64,000 nucleotides of DNA from an uncultured Gammaproteobacteria bacterium (GCA_964493305.1 CAZBLW010000002.1:142812-206811), one strand, 5' to 3'. Counted from the first letter of the stretch, positions 49,011 to 59,398 are shown. Notes: a model not told the origin generated them from the letters alone. Translations and numbers: made by a program.

Positions 49011-50297
49011 ATGAATTGGTGGCAAAGAATTCAACAGGTATGGCAGACAAAAGAGGTTCGCAATGACATCTTATTTGTTTTATTGATCTTAGTTATTTTT
49101 AGAGTTGGTGCGCATATACCAATTCCTGGCATAGATACCGGAAATTTGCGAGATTTTTTTGCTTCCAATCAAATATTGGGATTGTTGAATCTTTTTTCTG
49201 GCGGTGGTTTGGAAAATTTTTCTATCATGATGTTAGGCGTTGGTCCTTACATTACTTCCTCAATCATCTTTCAACTATTGGTCATGATTGTACCCAAGCT
49301 TGAAGAACTATCCAAAGAAGGTGAGAACGGGCAAAGAAAAATCAATCAGTACACTCGTTGGGCAACTATTCCCTTAGCTGTTTTACAAGCCTATGGTTTT
49401 ATAACCTTGATGCAGCGCCAGGGTGGTAGTATTGGTTTATTGGGTGAATTAACTTTATTTCAATACGTAACTGCGATTGTGACCGTTACTGCTGGGACCA
49501 TGCTATTAACTTGGTTGGGTGATTTGATTTCCGAACGGCATATTGGCAATGGCGTGTCATTACTTATTTTTGCTGGTATTGTTGCTGGTTTACCCACTGC
49601 TCTACAGCAAACATTATTGGCTTTTGATATTTCTCAATTGACCACCATGATTTTATTTGGTGTTATAGCTTTGATTACGGTGGTGGGCGTGGTGTTTATT
49701 ACTGAGGGACAAAGACAAATACCAGTGACTTATGCTAGACGAGTACGCGGCATGAAGCAGTATGGTGGTACAAATACTCATTTACCCTTACGGGTCAATC
49801 AAGGGGGAGTAATTCCAATTATTTTTGCAATTTCAGTAATCATATTTCCTTCCATGATTGCCCAATTTTTTGTACAAGCTAAAAGCGCTTGGCTAGCAAA
49901 TGGAGCGGAAAATATTATTCAACTATTCAATAATCAAATTTTTTACGGAGTTTTTTATTTTATTTTGGTTGTAGCTTTTACTTATTTTTATTCAGCGGTG
50001 GTATTTAAACCAGACCAAGTTGCTGAAAATTTACAAAAACAAGGTGGCTTCATCCCGGGTATTAGACCAGGTCGCCCGACCGCCGAGTATTTACAAGCTA
50101 CGGTCAATCGTATCAATTTAACTGGATCAGCTTTTTTGGGTATTATTGCTGTTTTACCTCTCATCTTGAAGGCTTACTCCGGTTTGAATACCCTGGTAGT
50201 CGGTGGTACCTCATTGTTGATCGTAGTTTCGGTGGTTATTGAGTCGGTCAAGAAAGTTGAGGCCCAACTGGAAATGCATGATTATGATGCTTATTAA
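49011..50297 (+). CDS. secY: Preprotein translocase SecY
   Basis: LGVGPYITSSII, GIRPG, GGTSLLIVV. Confidence 0.99.
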   Translation: MNWWQRIQQVWQTKEVRNDILFVLLILVIFRVGAHIPIPGIDTGNLRDFFASNQILGLLNLFSGGGLENFSIMMLGVGPYITSSIIFQLLVMIVPKLEELSKEGENGQRKINQYTRWATIPLAVLQAYGFITLMQRQGGSIGLLGELTLFQYVTAIVTVTAGTMLLTWLGDLISERHIGNGVSLLIFAGIVAGLPTALQQTLLAFDISQLTTMILFGVIALITVVGVVFITEGQRQIPVTYARRVRGMKQYGGTNTHLPLRVNQGGVIPIIFAISVIIFPSMIAQFFVQAKSAWLANGAENIIQLFNNQIFYGVFYFILVVAFTYFYSAVVFKPDQVAENLQKQGGFIPGIRPGRPTAEYLQATVNRINLTGSAFLGIIAVLPLILKAYSGLNTLVVGGTSLLIVVSVVIESVKKVEAQLEMHDYDAY

Positions 50298-50310
50298 GTT
50301 CTTTTATTTT

Positions 50311-50338
50311 GCCCCGACGTTAGGTCGGGGCGTTTTTT
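50311..50338 (+). terminator. Terminator after secY
   Basis: GCCCCGAC-GTTAG-GTCGGGGC plus T-tract. Confidence 0.75.
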
Positions 50339-50391
50339 ATTTTTAGTAAAATTAGTTACAATATAATAAGATAAATTAATCATCCAAAAAA

Positions 50392-51033
50392 ATGTATAAT
50401 ATCGTTATTATTGGACCGCAAGGTTCAGGAAAAGGCACTCAAGCTGATTTAATTGCGGCTAAGTATTATCTAGCCAACATTTCCACTGGAGTGATGTTTC
50501 GCGAGGCAGTAAAAAACCAAACAGATTTAGGTCAGGCGGTTAAGGCGATTATTGATCGGGGTGATTTGGTACCTGATGACTTAACCAACGAATTGGTAAA
50601 AGAACGCTTACACAAACCAGATTGTGACAGCGGTTTTATTCTTGATGGTTATCCGAGAAATTTATTGCAAGCGGAGTATTTGTTAACCCATCAAACTATT
50701 ACTCATGTTTTGGAAATATGGATTTCTGATGAAGAAGCTATTAAAAGGATTTCTGGTCGTCGTGTTTGTAATTGTGGAGCTACTTATCATATTTTATACA
50801 ATCCACCTAAACAAAATGGTATTTGTGATCGTTGTGGCGGTAAATTAATGCAACGAGATGATGATGTAGAAAAGTCAGTTAAACAAAGATTAAAAATTTA
50901 TCATCAACAAACCGAATCTATTATCAGCTTTTTTCAAAAAAAAGGTTTACATTATCGTATAAATGGTGAGCAAAGAATACCTGATGTCGCTGATGATGTT
51001 TATTCAATATTAGATAAGTCCCATGATAGTTAA
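50392..51033 (+). CDS. adk: Adenylate kinase
   Basis: GPQGSGKGTQ, LDGYPR, Cys-containing lid. Confidence 0.97.
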   Translation: MYNIVIIGPQGSGKGTQADLIAAKYYLANISTGVMFREAVKNQTDLGQAVKAIIDRGDLVPDDLTNELVKERLHKPDCDSGFILDGYPRNLLQAEYLLTHQTITHVLEIWISDEEAIKRISGRRVCNCGATYHILYNPPKQNGICDRCGGKLMQRDDDVEKSVKQRLKIYHQQTESIISFFQKKGLHYRINGEQRIPDVADDVYSILDKSHDS

Positions 51034-51772
51034 ATCAGATTCAGATTTAAAAAAATTGCAAGCGGGTGGTAAAATACTGTCTCAAGTTTTACAACTAGTA
51101 TCAACTCAAGTAGCAGTAGGTATAACTACCAGAGAATTGGACGAGATAGCTAGAAAAGCCATTAAAAGTTTTGCGGCGCAGCCATCATTTTTGGATTTTG
51201 AAGGTTATCCAGCCGCACTTTGTACTTCAGTTAATGATCAGTTGGTTCACGGTATACCCAGTGATTATCAATTGCAAACAGGGGATATTATTGGCATTGA
51301 TTGTGGGGTGTGGTATGAAGGTTTTTGTACCGATATGGCTCTAACTGTGGGCGTGGGTAAAATAGACTCAGTATCACAAAAGTTGATAACCGTTACTAAA
51401 CAATCACTAAGTGAAGGTTTAAAAAAAATTAAAGCCCAGCGCACGACTGGTGATTATGGAGCTGCTGTGCAGCAATATGTCGAACAACAAGGTTTTAGTG
51501 TGATTAGAGGGCTAGTTGGTCATGGTGTTGGTCTGGCTGTGCACGAAGAGCCCCGGATACCAAATTTTGGTTCTAAAGGTAAAGGAGAAGTTCTAACTGA
51601 AGGATTGGTGATAGCCTTGGAGCCCATGGTAGCCATTGGTTCTTATCAAGTTGAGACATTGACTGATGGTTGGACTATAGTTATGAGTGATGGCAGTCGC
51701 TCGGCTCATTTTGAGTTAACTGTTATGGTAACACCTGCTGGTTACGAGCTGATAACCCCACCAATTTGGTAA
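51023..51772 (+). CDS. map: Methionine aminopeptidase type I
   Basis: CTSVN..VHGIP, GHGVG...HEEP, SAHFE. Confidence 0.97.
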   Translation: MIVKSDSDLKKLQAGGKILSQVLQLVSTQVAVGITTRELDEIARKAIKSFAAQPSFLDFEGYPAALCTSVNDQLVHGIPSDYQLQTGDIIGIDCGVWYEGFCTDMALTVGVGKIDSVSQKLITVTKQSLSEGLKKIKAQRTTGDYGAAVQQYVEQQGFSVIRGLVGHGVGLAVHEEPRIPNFGSKGKGEVLTEGLVIALEPMVAIGSYQVETLTDGWTIVMSDGSRSAHFELTVMVTPAGYELITPPIW

Positions 51773-51787
51773 TTCTAAATTTATTAC

Positions 51788-52165
51788 ATGAAAATATTGG
51801 GAATTGATTATGGGACAAAAAAAATTGGTTTGAGCTTAGCCGCTGGTAAATTAGCTTTACCTTGGAAAATTTTGGATAATTTTTCTTCCCCAGCTGAAGT
51901 TGTTACCAGAATTACTGAAATAATTGCACAAGAGAAAATTGACACTGTAGTCATTGGTTGGCCTGTATCCTTGTCAGGTAAAATAGCCAAACAAGCAACT
52001 ACCGTCCAAAATTTTATTACACTATTGCAACAGTCAGTTGATATTCCAATTTTACAAATGGATGAAAGATATTCGAGTCAAATGGCCCAGAAGCAAAACA
52101 GTGGTAAATTTGATGATGCGCAAGCCGCTGCCAATATCTTACAAACTTTTTTAGACAAGCAATAA
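51788..52165 (+). CDS. yqgF: YqgF/RuvX family nuclease
   Basis: ILGIDYGTKKIG, DERYSS, DDAQAA..IL. Confidence 0.92.
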   Translation: MKILGIDYGTKKIGLSLAAGKLALPWKILDNFSSPAEVVTRITEIIAQEKIDTVVIGWPVSLSGKIAKQATTVQNFITLLQQSVDIPILQMDERYSSQMAQKQNSGKFDDAQAAANILQTFLDKQ

Positions 52166-52168
52166 TTT

Positions 52169-53251
52169 ATGTGGCGTGATACTATTTGGTTTTATATTAT
52201 ACCTTTTCTGACTGCTGTGTTGGTAGTTCAGCCCTTAGTTTGGTTGGTTCGAAAATTTGCTTATCGGTTCAAGATTTTGGACTGGCCAGATAGTGGTCGA
52301 AAATTACACCAACGGCCAATTCCGTTAATGGGTGGGGTGGCTTTGGGATTAGGTTTTATTTTTTGTCTTGGTTTATTTTTACGTTTTAATTTTTTACTGG
52401 ATGGAAGATTACAGTGGCCATACATTTTAGCCCTAGTAATTGCTACTTTTCTGCTAATATTAGGCGGAATTTTAGATGATAAATATCGTCTTTTACCTTG
52501 GCAACAATTTGTTTGGCCACTACTTGCTGTAGTGGTTATTTTGCTTAGCGGCATCCAGGTTCATTTTATAACCAATCCTTTAGGCGGTATTTTACCTCTT
52601 GATGCTTGGCAGATTGACTGGGGAAATTTTAAATTTGCTCCCATATCTTTGGGTTTATCTTTTATCTGGTTGCTGGGAATGATTTATACCACCAAATTTT
52701 TAGATGGCCTTGATGGTTTGGTTTCTGGTATGACTTTTTTGGGTGCTACTTTTATATTTTTTGTTTCTTTGGCTTGGGATATTCCTTATTCGGGAACATC
52801 TGTTTTAGCTTTACTGGTAGCTGGTTTGATGTTTGGTTTTTTATGGTGGAATTTTTTTCCAGCAAAAATATTTTTGGGTGAAACAGGCTCTACTTTAGCC
52901 GGTTTATGGTTGGGGGTGTTGGCAATCATTTCGGGAGGTAAAATTGCTACCGCTTTATTGGTAATGGGTTTACCTATTTTGGATGTAGTCTGGGTAATTA
53001 TGCGTCGTATTTGGGAAAAAACTTCTCCGACCAAAGGCGATCGTAAACATCTCCATTTTAGATTACTTGATGTTGGTTTTTCTCACCGCCAGGCGGTTTT
53101 GTTTTTGTATTTATTGGCCACTTTATTTGGATCAGTGGCTCTATTTCAAAATTCCAAAGGTAAATTAATTTTATTTTTGATTTTACTTGCCGTTATGGCC
53201 ATTATTGGCTCTGTGTTGGTTTTGGTTTATAAAAAAAATGAGACAAAGTAA
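52169..53251 (+). CDS. Undecaprenyl-phosphate GlcNAc-1-P transferase (WecA/TagO/MraY family)
   Basis: RKLH..PIPLMGG, GILDD, DGLDGL, NFFPAKIFLG, DRKHLH. Confidence 0.9.
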   Translation: MWRDTIWFYIIPFLTAVLVVQPLVWLVRKFAYRFKILDWPDSGRKLHQRPIPLMGGVALGLGFIFCLGLFLRFNFLLDGRLQWPYILALVIATFLLILGGILDDKYRLLPWQQFVWPLLAVVVILLSGIQVHFITNPLGGILPLDAWQIDWGNFKFAPISLGLSFIWLLGMIYTTKFLDGLDGLVSGMTFLGATFIFFVSLAWDIPYSGTSVLALLVAGLMFGFLWWNFFPAKIFLGETGSTLAGLWLGVLAIISGGKIATALLVMGLPILDVVWVIMRRIWEKTSPTKGDRKHLHFRLLDVGFSHRQAVLFLYLLATLFGSVALFQNSKGKLILFLILLAVMAIIGSVLVLVYKKNETK

Positions 53252-53702
53252 ATTTATAATTTTTATATTTTTATTTTTTATCCTAACCGGTTGTTTTGCT
53301 AAACCAGCAGCTGACTCGACTGCTCTACCTAAGCCAACAGAGATTAAGTCAGTAGTGATAGGTGGACAAACTATCAGTGTTGAATTAGCTATTACCAAAG
53401 AAGAACAAGTCCAAGGTTTAGCCAATAGAGAAGCAATACCGGAAAATCATGGCATGTTATTTGTTTATCCCAATTATCAAATGTCTGGTTTTTGGATGAA
53501 GGGTATGCAGTTTCCTTTGGATATTATTTGGATTAAAGATGAACGTATCGTTGGTTGGGTAAGCGCTCAACCAGTGTCCGCCTCTGAGGAATTAGAAATT
53601 TATTATCCGCCAGAACCAGTTGATAAAGTATTGGAATTAAATTTTAGTTTAGTAGAAAAAAATAATTGGCAAATAGGAGAAAAAGTTATTTTTAATTATT
53701 GA
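53238..53702 (+). CDS. DUF192 family lipoprotein
   Basis: Lipobox LTGC; GMLF, FWMKGMQFPLDIIW, VLEL. Confidence 0.88.
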   Translation: MRQSKFIIFIFLFFILTGCFAKPAADSTALPKPTEIKSVVIGGQTISVELAITKEEQVQGLANREAIPENHGMLFVYPNYQMSGFWMKGMQFPLDIIWIKDERIVGWVSAQPVSASEELEIYYPPEPVDKVLELNFSLVEKNNWQIGEKVIFNY

Positions 53703-53727
53703 CAAAATCTTTATAATATGATATAAT
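53699..53727 (+). promoter_or_regulatory. sigma70 promoter
   Basis: TTGACA-17bp-TATAAT with TG extension. Confidence 0.7.
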
Positions 53728-53749
53728 TATATAATATTTAATTATATTT

Positions 53750-55384
53750 ATGGAAAAAAATTTTTCTAGTTTAGAAAAAATTAAAAAATTAAAGAAAGAA
53801 TCAGCAGAGAAAAAAGATTTAATTGAGCAAACAAAAAAAATTCAAACCGAAAAAGAAGAAAGCGCAAAATTTGATTTGTATAATACAGCAAAAGATAAAT
53901 TGGAATTTTTAAAAACTAGAAAACTTGATATTGAAAAGCGTTTAGAAGAAATTTCTCATCGTCGTAATGAGATTATGAATATTGGTCATCAAGCTCGTGT
54001 TGAAGCAGCAGCAGATCCAGAAGTAGAAGCAGTATTGCACACCCCAGAAGGATTTAATGAAGTATTTGCTACAGAAAAAGATGAGTGGCAAGTTTTGCGT
54101 AGCGAAGTAGATAATCTCAATCAAGAGTTGAAAGAATTATCGTTAAATATTTCTGAGCAAGAAGTATTAGTCAGTAACTTATATACAGACACCAAGGAAG
54201 GTAGAGAATTATTGGCTCAACAGGCGGCTGAGGAAAAAAATGAGAAATTAACCAATCTTAAAAAACAACTAGCGCCAGAATTAAAAGATTCAATTTATTA
54301 TTACAATAATAACTTATCTCAATCCACTCGTTGGTCCCAAGGATTACATGATACTTTTACTTCCACAGATGATTGGCGCCACAATATAGATTCTTTGGCC
54401 TATATACATTTACGGGGTATTCCTCGAATTTTAGCATCAGACCAAGCCGAAGCAAAAGCAGCTAATACCAATACTAATATTGGTTACGAAGCATTTGCTG
54501 ATTTAATGTATGAAAAGTTGGGCACAATAAAAAGTGAATATGAGTCCAAAAATGTTGTTACTGAAGTTAAACAAGAAATGGCTAGTCGTTTAGAACGTTC
54601 TCTATTTAAAAATAAATACAATGATGAATTGGATAAAATAACATCTATGCAAAGAGTAAATAATTTTATTGAAAAGAATAAAGATGATATTCAATTAGCA
54701 CAAGAAAAATTACAAACTTCTTTGCAGGCATTAAAAGATCAGTTAAACAGTATATTCACCCAAGCTGAACAAAGTGAGGAATATAAAAATAAATTTTCTG
54801 ATTTGAATTTAGAACAATATAGACAACTTATTCCTGAAGCTGAAAAAATAGAAATTAATTTATATAACTACAGTTCTCATCGTATTGAAGTGCCAATGGT
54901 GAAACAGTTAGCAGAAAAATTAGCCATTGCCAGGAATAAATTGGACAAAGATATTGAGATGATCAATAAGGAAATATTTGAAAAAAATAATAAATTGATT
55001 AAATTTGGCTTAGATAAATTACGTAAAGAGAAAGAAAATCTTGAAAACAAACGTGAATTTTTATCACAACTTGTAAGTAAAGTAGTTGAGAGTGAATATA
55101 ATATTCCTGATTTTTATCCTCACGGAAAAGAAAAAAATTTAGCCTTGCTAAACAAATTAGGAAATTTGATTCACAGTTTTAATATGACCTATCCTCATAA
55201 AGATTTGTTTAATAAAAACGCAATCCCTGATTTTAATGTGAATTTAACCAAAGAAAGAATATTTGGCCAGATGAAAATGATAGATTTTTCAGAGGAACAA
55301 CGGGAAGTTTTACTAAAAAAAGAAGAGTTGGATAAGGCAGTAAAAACCGCTTCCCAGCTTTGGGAAGAAAAATTAAAATCATAA
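53750..55384 (+). CDS. Hypothetical coiled-coil protein
   Basis: 544-aa K/E/L-rich helical ORF with its own promoter. Confidence 0.75.
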   Translation: MEKNFSSLEKIKKLKKESAEKKDLIEQTKKIQTEKEESAKFDLYNTAKDKLEFLKTRKLDIEKRLEEISHRRNEIMNIGHQARVEAAADPEVEAVLHTPEGFNEVFATEKDEWQVLRSEVDNLNQELKELSLNISEQEVLVSNLYTDTKEGRELLAQQAAEEKNEKLTNLKKQLAPELKDSIYYYNNNLSQSTRWSQGLHDTFTSTDDWRHNIDSLAYIHLRGIPRILASDQAEAKAANTNTNIGYEAFADLMYEKLGTIKSEYESKNVVTEVKQEMASRLERSLFKNKYNDELDKITSMQRVNNFIEKNKDDIQLAQEKLQTSLQALKDQLNSIFTQAEQSEEYKNKFSDLNLEQYRQLIPEAEKIEINLYNYSSHRIEVPMVKQLAEKLAIARNKLDKDIEMINKEIFEKNNKLIKFGLDKLRKEKENLENKREFLSQLVSKVVESEYNIPDFYPHGKEKNLALLNKLGNLIHSFNMTYPHKDLFNKNAIPDFNVNLTKERIFGQMKMIDFSEEQREVLLKKEELDKAVKTASQLWEEKLKS

Positions 55385-55399
55385 GCAAAATCATTAGTA

Positions 55400-55427
55400 T
55401 TGACAGTAATATTAATTTTGTTATAAT
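55400..55427 (+). promoter_or_regulatory. Promoter of rplU
   Basis: TTGACA...TGTTATAAT. Confidence 0.7.
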
Positions 55428-55455
55428 TTCTATACTATTTTTAAATTATTAAAAT

Positions 55456-55767
55456 ATGAATTTAGCAGTTATCAAGACCGGTGGTAAACAATACGTGGTT
55501 ACTCAAGGTCAAAAATTGAAAGTTGAAAAATTGCCAGTCAATGTTAAAGACAAAGTTGAATTGGCCGAAGTTTTATTGTTGGGTGATGAAAAAAAATTAC
55601 AAATTGGTACACCGTTTTTAGCTAATGCCAAGGTTACTGCCACAGTTTTAGCACAAGGCAAGTCAGACAAAGTAGTTGGCCATCATTATAAACCCAAAAC
55701 TCGAAATAAGAAAAAATTTGGTCATCGTCAACCTTATAGCGAGCTGGAAATTACTAAACTAGGTTAA
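55456..55767 (+). CDS. rplU: 50S ribosomal protein L21
   Basis: AVIKTGGKQY, GHRQPY. Confidence 0.98.
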   Translation: MNLAVIKTGGKQYVVTQGQKLKVEKLPVNVKDKVELAEVLLLGDEKKLQIGTPFLANAKVTATVLAQGKSDKVVGHHYKPKTRNKKKFGHRQPYSELEITKLG

Positions 55768-55780
55768 TAATACAATTTTA

Positions 55781-55806
55781 AAAGCCCCAATCTATGGGGC
55801 TTTTTT
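55781..55806. terminator. Bidirectional terminator
   Basis: AAAGCCCCA/TGGGGCTTT hairpin. Confidence 0.7.
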
Positions 55807-55822
55807 ATTTTTTAAATTTTGA

Positions 55823-56431
55823 TTATTTTAATTGTTGCCGATTGTCTAAAGCTTCAGCCAGTGTAATATCGTCAGTGTATTCTAAATCAGCTCCAACCGG
55901 CAGACCTCTAGCAAGCTTGGTCATTTTCATCTGCAAGGGTGAGAGTATTTTTTGTAGATAGAGAGCAGTAGTTTCGCCACTGATATCTGGATTGAAAGCC
56001 AAGATAATTTCTTTAAATTTAGGATTAGCAGCTTTAATTCGTTCTAGAAGTTCAGGGATTTTAATTTCTTGGGGCCCCAAATTTTGCAATGGTTCTAAAC
56101 AACCATCCAGAATAAAATACAAACCTCGGTAGTGACCAGTTTTTTCTATCGAACGTTGTTCAGTATAACCGCTCACAATACACAACATATGCTTATCGCG
56201 ATCCGTAGCCTGGCAAATATTACAGGGTGACTGTTCGGTAAAATTGCGACAGAATTGACAACGTGTTAAGTTGGTTTGTAAATTTATTAGATTATCTCCC
56301 AAATCAGCTAATAAGCTATTGGGCTGTTGTAACAAATAAAAAACTATTCTAGCCGCTGTGCGCGGGCCGACTGAGGGTAGCTTAGCAAAAGCATCAATAA
56401 CTTTTTGAATAATAGCCGGATAATCTGCCAT
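55823..56431 (-). CDS. recR: Recombination mediator RecR
   Basis: LPSVGPRTA, C4 zinc finger, GETTALY, LARGLPVGADLEY. Confidence 0.96.
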   Translation of the reverse strand: MADYPAIIQKVIDAFAKLPSVGPRTAARIVFYLLQQPNSLLADLGDNLINLQTNLTRCQFCRNFTEQSPCNICQATDRDKHMLCIVSGYTEQRSIEKTGHYRGLYFILDGCLEPLQNLGPQEIKIPELLERIKAANPKFKEIILAFNPDISGETTALYLQKILSPLQMKMTKLARGLPVGADLEYTDDITLAEALDNRQQLK

Positions 56432-56434
56432 ATT

Positions 56435-56731
56435 TTATTTTAGATTAGGCAGGCTGTAGCCAGAGTCTTTTATTTTTTTGGCCATGACACGATGAATTTT
56501 TTTTATCAACTCTTCGTGTGCTTTGATAATGTTTTTTTCCAATTGTTGTTTCTTATCGCGACTTAAGAGTTCACTATCTATTTCACAGGCGGTCAGATTT
56601 TGGTTGCCATCCATTTTCAATTTAACACCACCATAATTTACCTCTTCACTTTCTTGGCCAAGAGTTTTTTGCATCTCTTTGGCTTGAGAACGTAGTTCTT
56701 TAATTTGATTTAGTTTGGAGAACATTGACAT
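56435..56731 (-). CDS. ybaB: YbaB/EbfC nucleoid-associated protein
   Basis: Directly upstream of recR; QAKEMQK...GGVKLKMDGNQ. Confidence 0.85.
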   Translation of the reverse strand: MSMFSKLNQIKELRSQAKEMQKTLGQESEEVNYGGVKLKMDGNQNLTACEIDSELLSRDKKQQLEKNIIKAHEELIKKIHRVMAKKIKDSGYSLPNLK

Positions 56732-56741
56732 ATAAATTTTA

Positions 56742-56809
56742 GAATTATGAATTATGAACTATGAATTATGATATTAACAACATAATTCATATTTCACTAT
56801 TCATTATTC
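56742..56809. repeat. Inverted heptamer arrays (GAATTAT)4 / (ATAATTC-like)4
   Basis: Read directly; able to form a long hairpin between dnaB and ybaB. Confidence 0.7.
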
Positions 56810-58177
56810 AAAATCTGGTTGGGGAGTGTCCGAGCGGGCTTTGTTTTCAAATCTAACTTTTTCTTCATTGAAGACCAGTTCTAACCAACCAGTAGGACCA
56901 TTGCGATGTTTGGCAATAATTATTTCGGCAATATTTCTTTTATCCGGATCTGTTTCGTCTCGTTTGTACATATATTCGCGATAAATAAATAATACCACAT
57001 CAGCATCTTGTTCAATGGAACCAGATTCACGTAAATGAGCCAGTTTTGGTTTGGGTGGGCGTTCGGTTTCCACTGCCCGTGATAATTGCGACAGAGCTAG
57101 TACTGGTACATTTAATTCTCTAGCTAAGGCCTTGAGTGCCCGAGAAATTTCACTAACTTCTTGTACGCGATTGTCAGAATTTTTACTTCGTCCTTCCATA
57201 AGTTGTAAATAATCAATCATAATCAATTCCAATCCGTGCTCAGCTTTTAACCTTCTCGCTTTGGTACGAAGCTCCATAATATTGGCAGTAGCACTATCAT
57301 CAATAAAAATTGGTGCTTCTGATAAAACTGACATAGCGTGACCAATTCTAGGAAAGTCATCATCTTCTTCGCGGTCCGACAGACGGCCGGTACGCATACG
57401 CCATAAATCAACCCCAGCTTCAGCACAGAGCATACGATCAACTAATTGTTCCTTACTCATTTCCAAGGAAAAAATACCCACGGGATGTCCAGCTTTGCCA
57501 ATTTGTCTGGCAATATCAAGGGCAAGTGTAGTTTTTCCCATTGAAGGACGAGCAGCCAGTATAATAAGATCTGACTTTTGTAAACCAGCCAACTTACTAT
57601 CCAAATCATAGTAGCCAGTTGGTAGTCCTCTAATACGTCCACCTTCACGATGCATTTCGTCAATTCGTTCAAAAGTGTCATCCAATATTGATCTTACTGG
57701 AATAAAGTTTTGTTTCAGGTGTTTCTGAGAAATTTGAAATATTTTTTGTTCAGCTTCATCTAGTAGTGCATCAACTTTTTCTTCTTCACTAAAACCAAGT
57801 GCTGTAATTTCTTGTGCGGCTCTAATTAATTTGCGCAGGGCCGCTTTTTTTTGCACAATCTGGGCGTAAGATAAAATATTACTGGAGGTAACTACTGAGT
57901 TAGTAAGTTCAGCCAAGTAAGCACGACCACCAATTTTTTCTAAAATTTGTTTTTCTTGCAAACGATTGGTCAAGCTCAACAAATCAATTGGTTCCCGTTC
58001 GCTATAAAGCTCTAACATGGTTTCAAAAATTTGTTGATGAGATTCTTTATAAAAATCATCACTCGATATAGTATCAGCGATTTTGGAGATAGCTTCTTGA
58101 TCAATCAAAATTGATCCCAAAACATTGGTTTCCGCTTCTAGATTTTGGGGTGGAAGTTTGTTTAAGTCATCAGACAT
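56804..58177 (-). CDS. dnaB: Replicative DNA helicase DnaB
   Basis: AARPSMGKT, IDYLQLM, LSQLSR, LRESGSIEQDAD, KHRNGP. Confidence 0.98.
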   Translation of the reverse strand: MSDDLNKLPPQNLEAETNVLGSILIDQEAISKIADTISSDDFYKESHQQIFETMLELYSEREPIDLLSLTNRLQEKQILEKIGGRAYLAELTNSVVTSSNILSYAQIVQKKAALRKLIRAAQEITALGFSEEEKVDALLDEAEQKIFQISQKHLKQNFIPVRSILDDTFERIDEMHREGGRIRGLPTGYYDLDSKLAGLQKSDLIILAARPSMGKTTLALDIARQIGKAGHPVGIFSLEMSKEQLVDRMLCAEAGVDLWRMRTGRLSDREEDDDFPRIGHAMSVLSEAPIFIDDSATANIMELRTKARRLKAEHGLELIMIDYLQLMEGRSKNSDNRVQEVSEISRALKALARELNVPVLALSQLSRAVETERPPKPKLAHLRESGSIEQDADVVLFIYREYMYKRDETDPDKRNIAEIIIAKHRNGPTGWLELVFNEEKVRFENKARSDTPQPDFE

Positions 58178-58309
58178 AGTAGTATCTTACTGGAAAAAAA
58201 CCAATTTTTCAAGACAATATTTTACAGAGGAAATCCACTTGTCATTCACATTTTTAATGCTAAGATATATTCAAAGATCATTAAAAAACAATAAACAAAG
58301 GAGTCAGTC

Positions 58310-59350
58310 ATGAAAAAAACCTATTTTTTAATTCGTTTATGGTTATTGGCCTTGAGTGTTGTGGTAGTCGGGCAAAGTATCGTGCTGTTTAATTTATCTA
58401 AAACCAATCAAACCCTTGAGTCTACCAGTAGCGAACGTTTTACCTCTATGGAAAATTTAATCGATACCTTGTGGTCAGATTTTTATCTGCAGAATATTAA
58501 TATTCCGGAAAAAATTGTTTTTGCCGATAAGGAAATTTATTTGGATGAAGTAATTAGAGAAGAATTATGGCAGCGAGTTATGCGTTTTCAAAGTGAACGT
58601 TGGCGGTGGCCAATGTTGAATTATCGTTTAGATAAATATGCTTTTGTCTTTGATACTTTGCAAGCGATGTCAGCTCCGGCTGATTTGAAATATGTGGCTA
58701 TTCAAGAAAGCTTTTTAAATCCCAGAGCAATTTCTTGGGCGCAAGCTGCTGGTTTTTGGCAATTTATTCAATCAACCGGGAGAAAATTTGGTTTAAAAAT
58801 CGATTGGTATATTGACCAACGTTATAATCCTGGTTATGCCACTATAGCCGCAGTCAAATTTTTCAATTATTTATTGCAACGATTTGATGGCGATTGGGCT
58901 TTATCAGCTGCTGCTTATAACGCTGGTGAAAGTAGAATTTTGCAAAGTATAAAATTGCAAGGCACGGATAACTATTTTGGTTTGATTTTAAATAAAGAAA
59001 CAACCGATTACTTTATAAATATTTTGACTTGGAAGATTGTTATGGAAAAAGCAGATAATTTTGTCCGCAGATTTAAACCGCAGGTGGATTTTTCCATACC
59101 TACTGTCGAGGTTAAATTAACTTTATTACATCCCCTTAAAGCCAAGGATATGTTGGTAGTTTTTAAAAATAGTTATCGAGTATGGCGAAGTTTAAACCCT
59201 ATGTATGTTAGAGACCAAGTGCCCACAGGCAGTCATTTAATTCGTGTTCCTAAAGAAAATTTAACTATTTTCAATCAGATATTGGCAAGCAAAAAAGCAT
59301 TTTATGTAGTGGTTGATGCTGAACAAAACACACGAGATTTAGGTGGTTAA
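58310..59350 (+). CDS. Lytic transglycosylase (SLT, MltD-like)
   Basis: YVAIQES..NPRA.S..QAAGFWQF, AAYNAG, ETTDY; N-terminal TM segment. Confidence 0.9.
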   Translation: MKKTYFLIRLWLLALSVVVVGQSIVLFNLSKTNQTLESTSSERFTSMENLIDTLWSDFYLQNINIPEKIVFADKEIYLDEVIREELWQRVMRFQSERWRWPMLNYRLDKYAFVFDTLQAMSAPADLKYVAIQESFLNPRAISWAQAAGFWQFIQSTGRKFGLKIDWYIDQRYNPGYATIAAVKFFNYLLQRFDGDWALSAAAYNAGESRILQSIKLQGTDNYFGLILNKETTDYFINILTWKIVMEKADNFVRRFKPQVDFSIPTVEVKLTLLHPLKAKDMLVVFKNSYRVWRSLNPMYVRDQVPTGSHLIRVPKENLTIFNQILASKKAFYVVVDAEQNTRDLGG

Positions 59351-59370
59351 AAACCATTCATTATTTCATC

Positions 59371-59398
59371 AACCCAAGACAAATTGTCTTGGGTTTTT
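59371..59398 (+). terminator. Terminator
   Basis: AACCCAAGACA/TGTCTTGGGTT plus T-tract. Confidence 0.7.

Noticed and set aside
59381-59392. AAATTGTCTTGG identical to part of the att arm, near tRNA-Lys
   Set aside because: It is the 3' arm of an ordinary terminator hairpin, lacks the other att motifs and lies upstream of the tRNA; probably chance.
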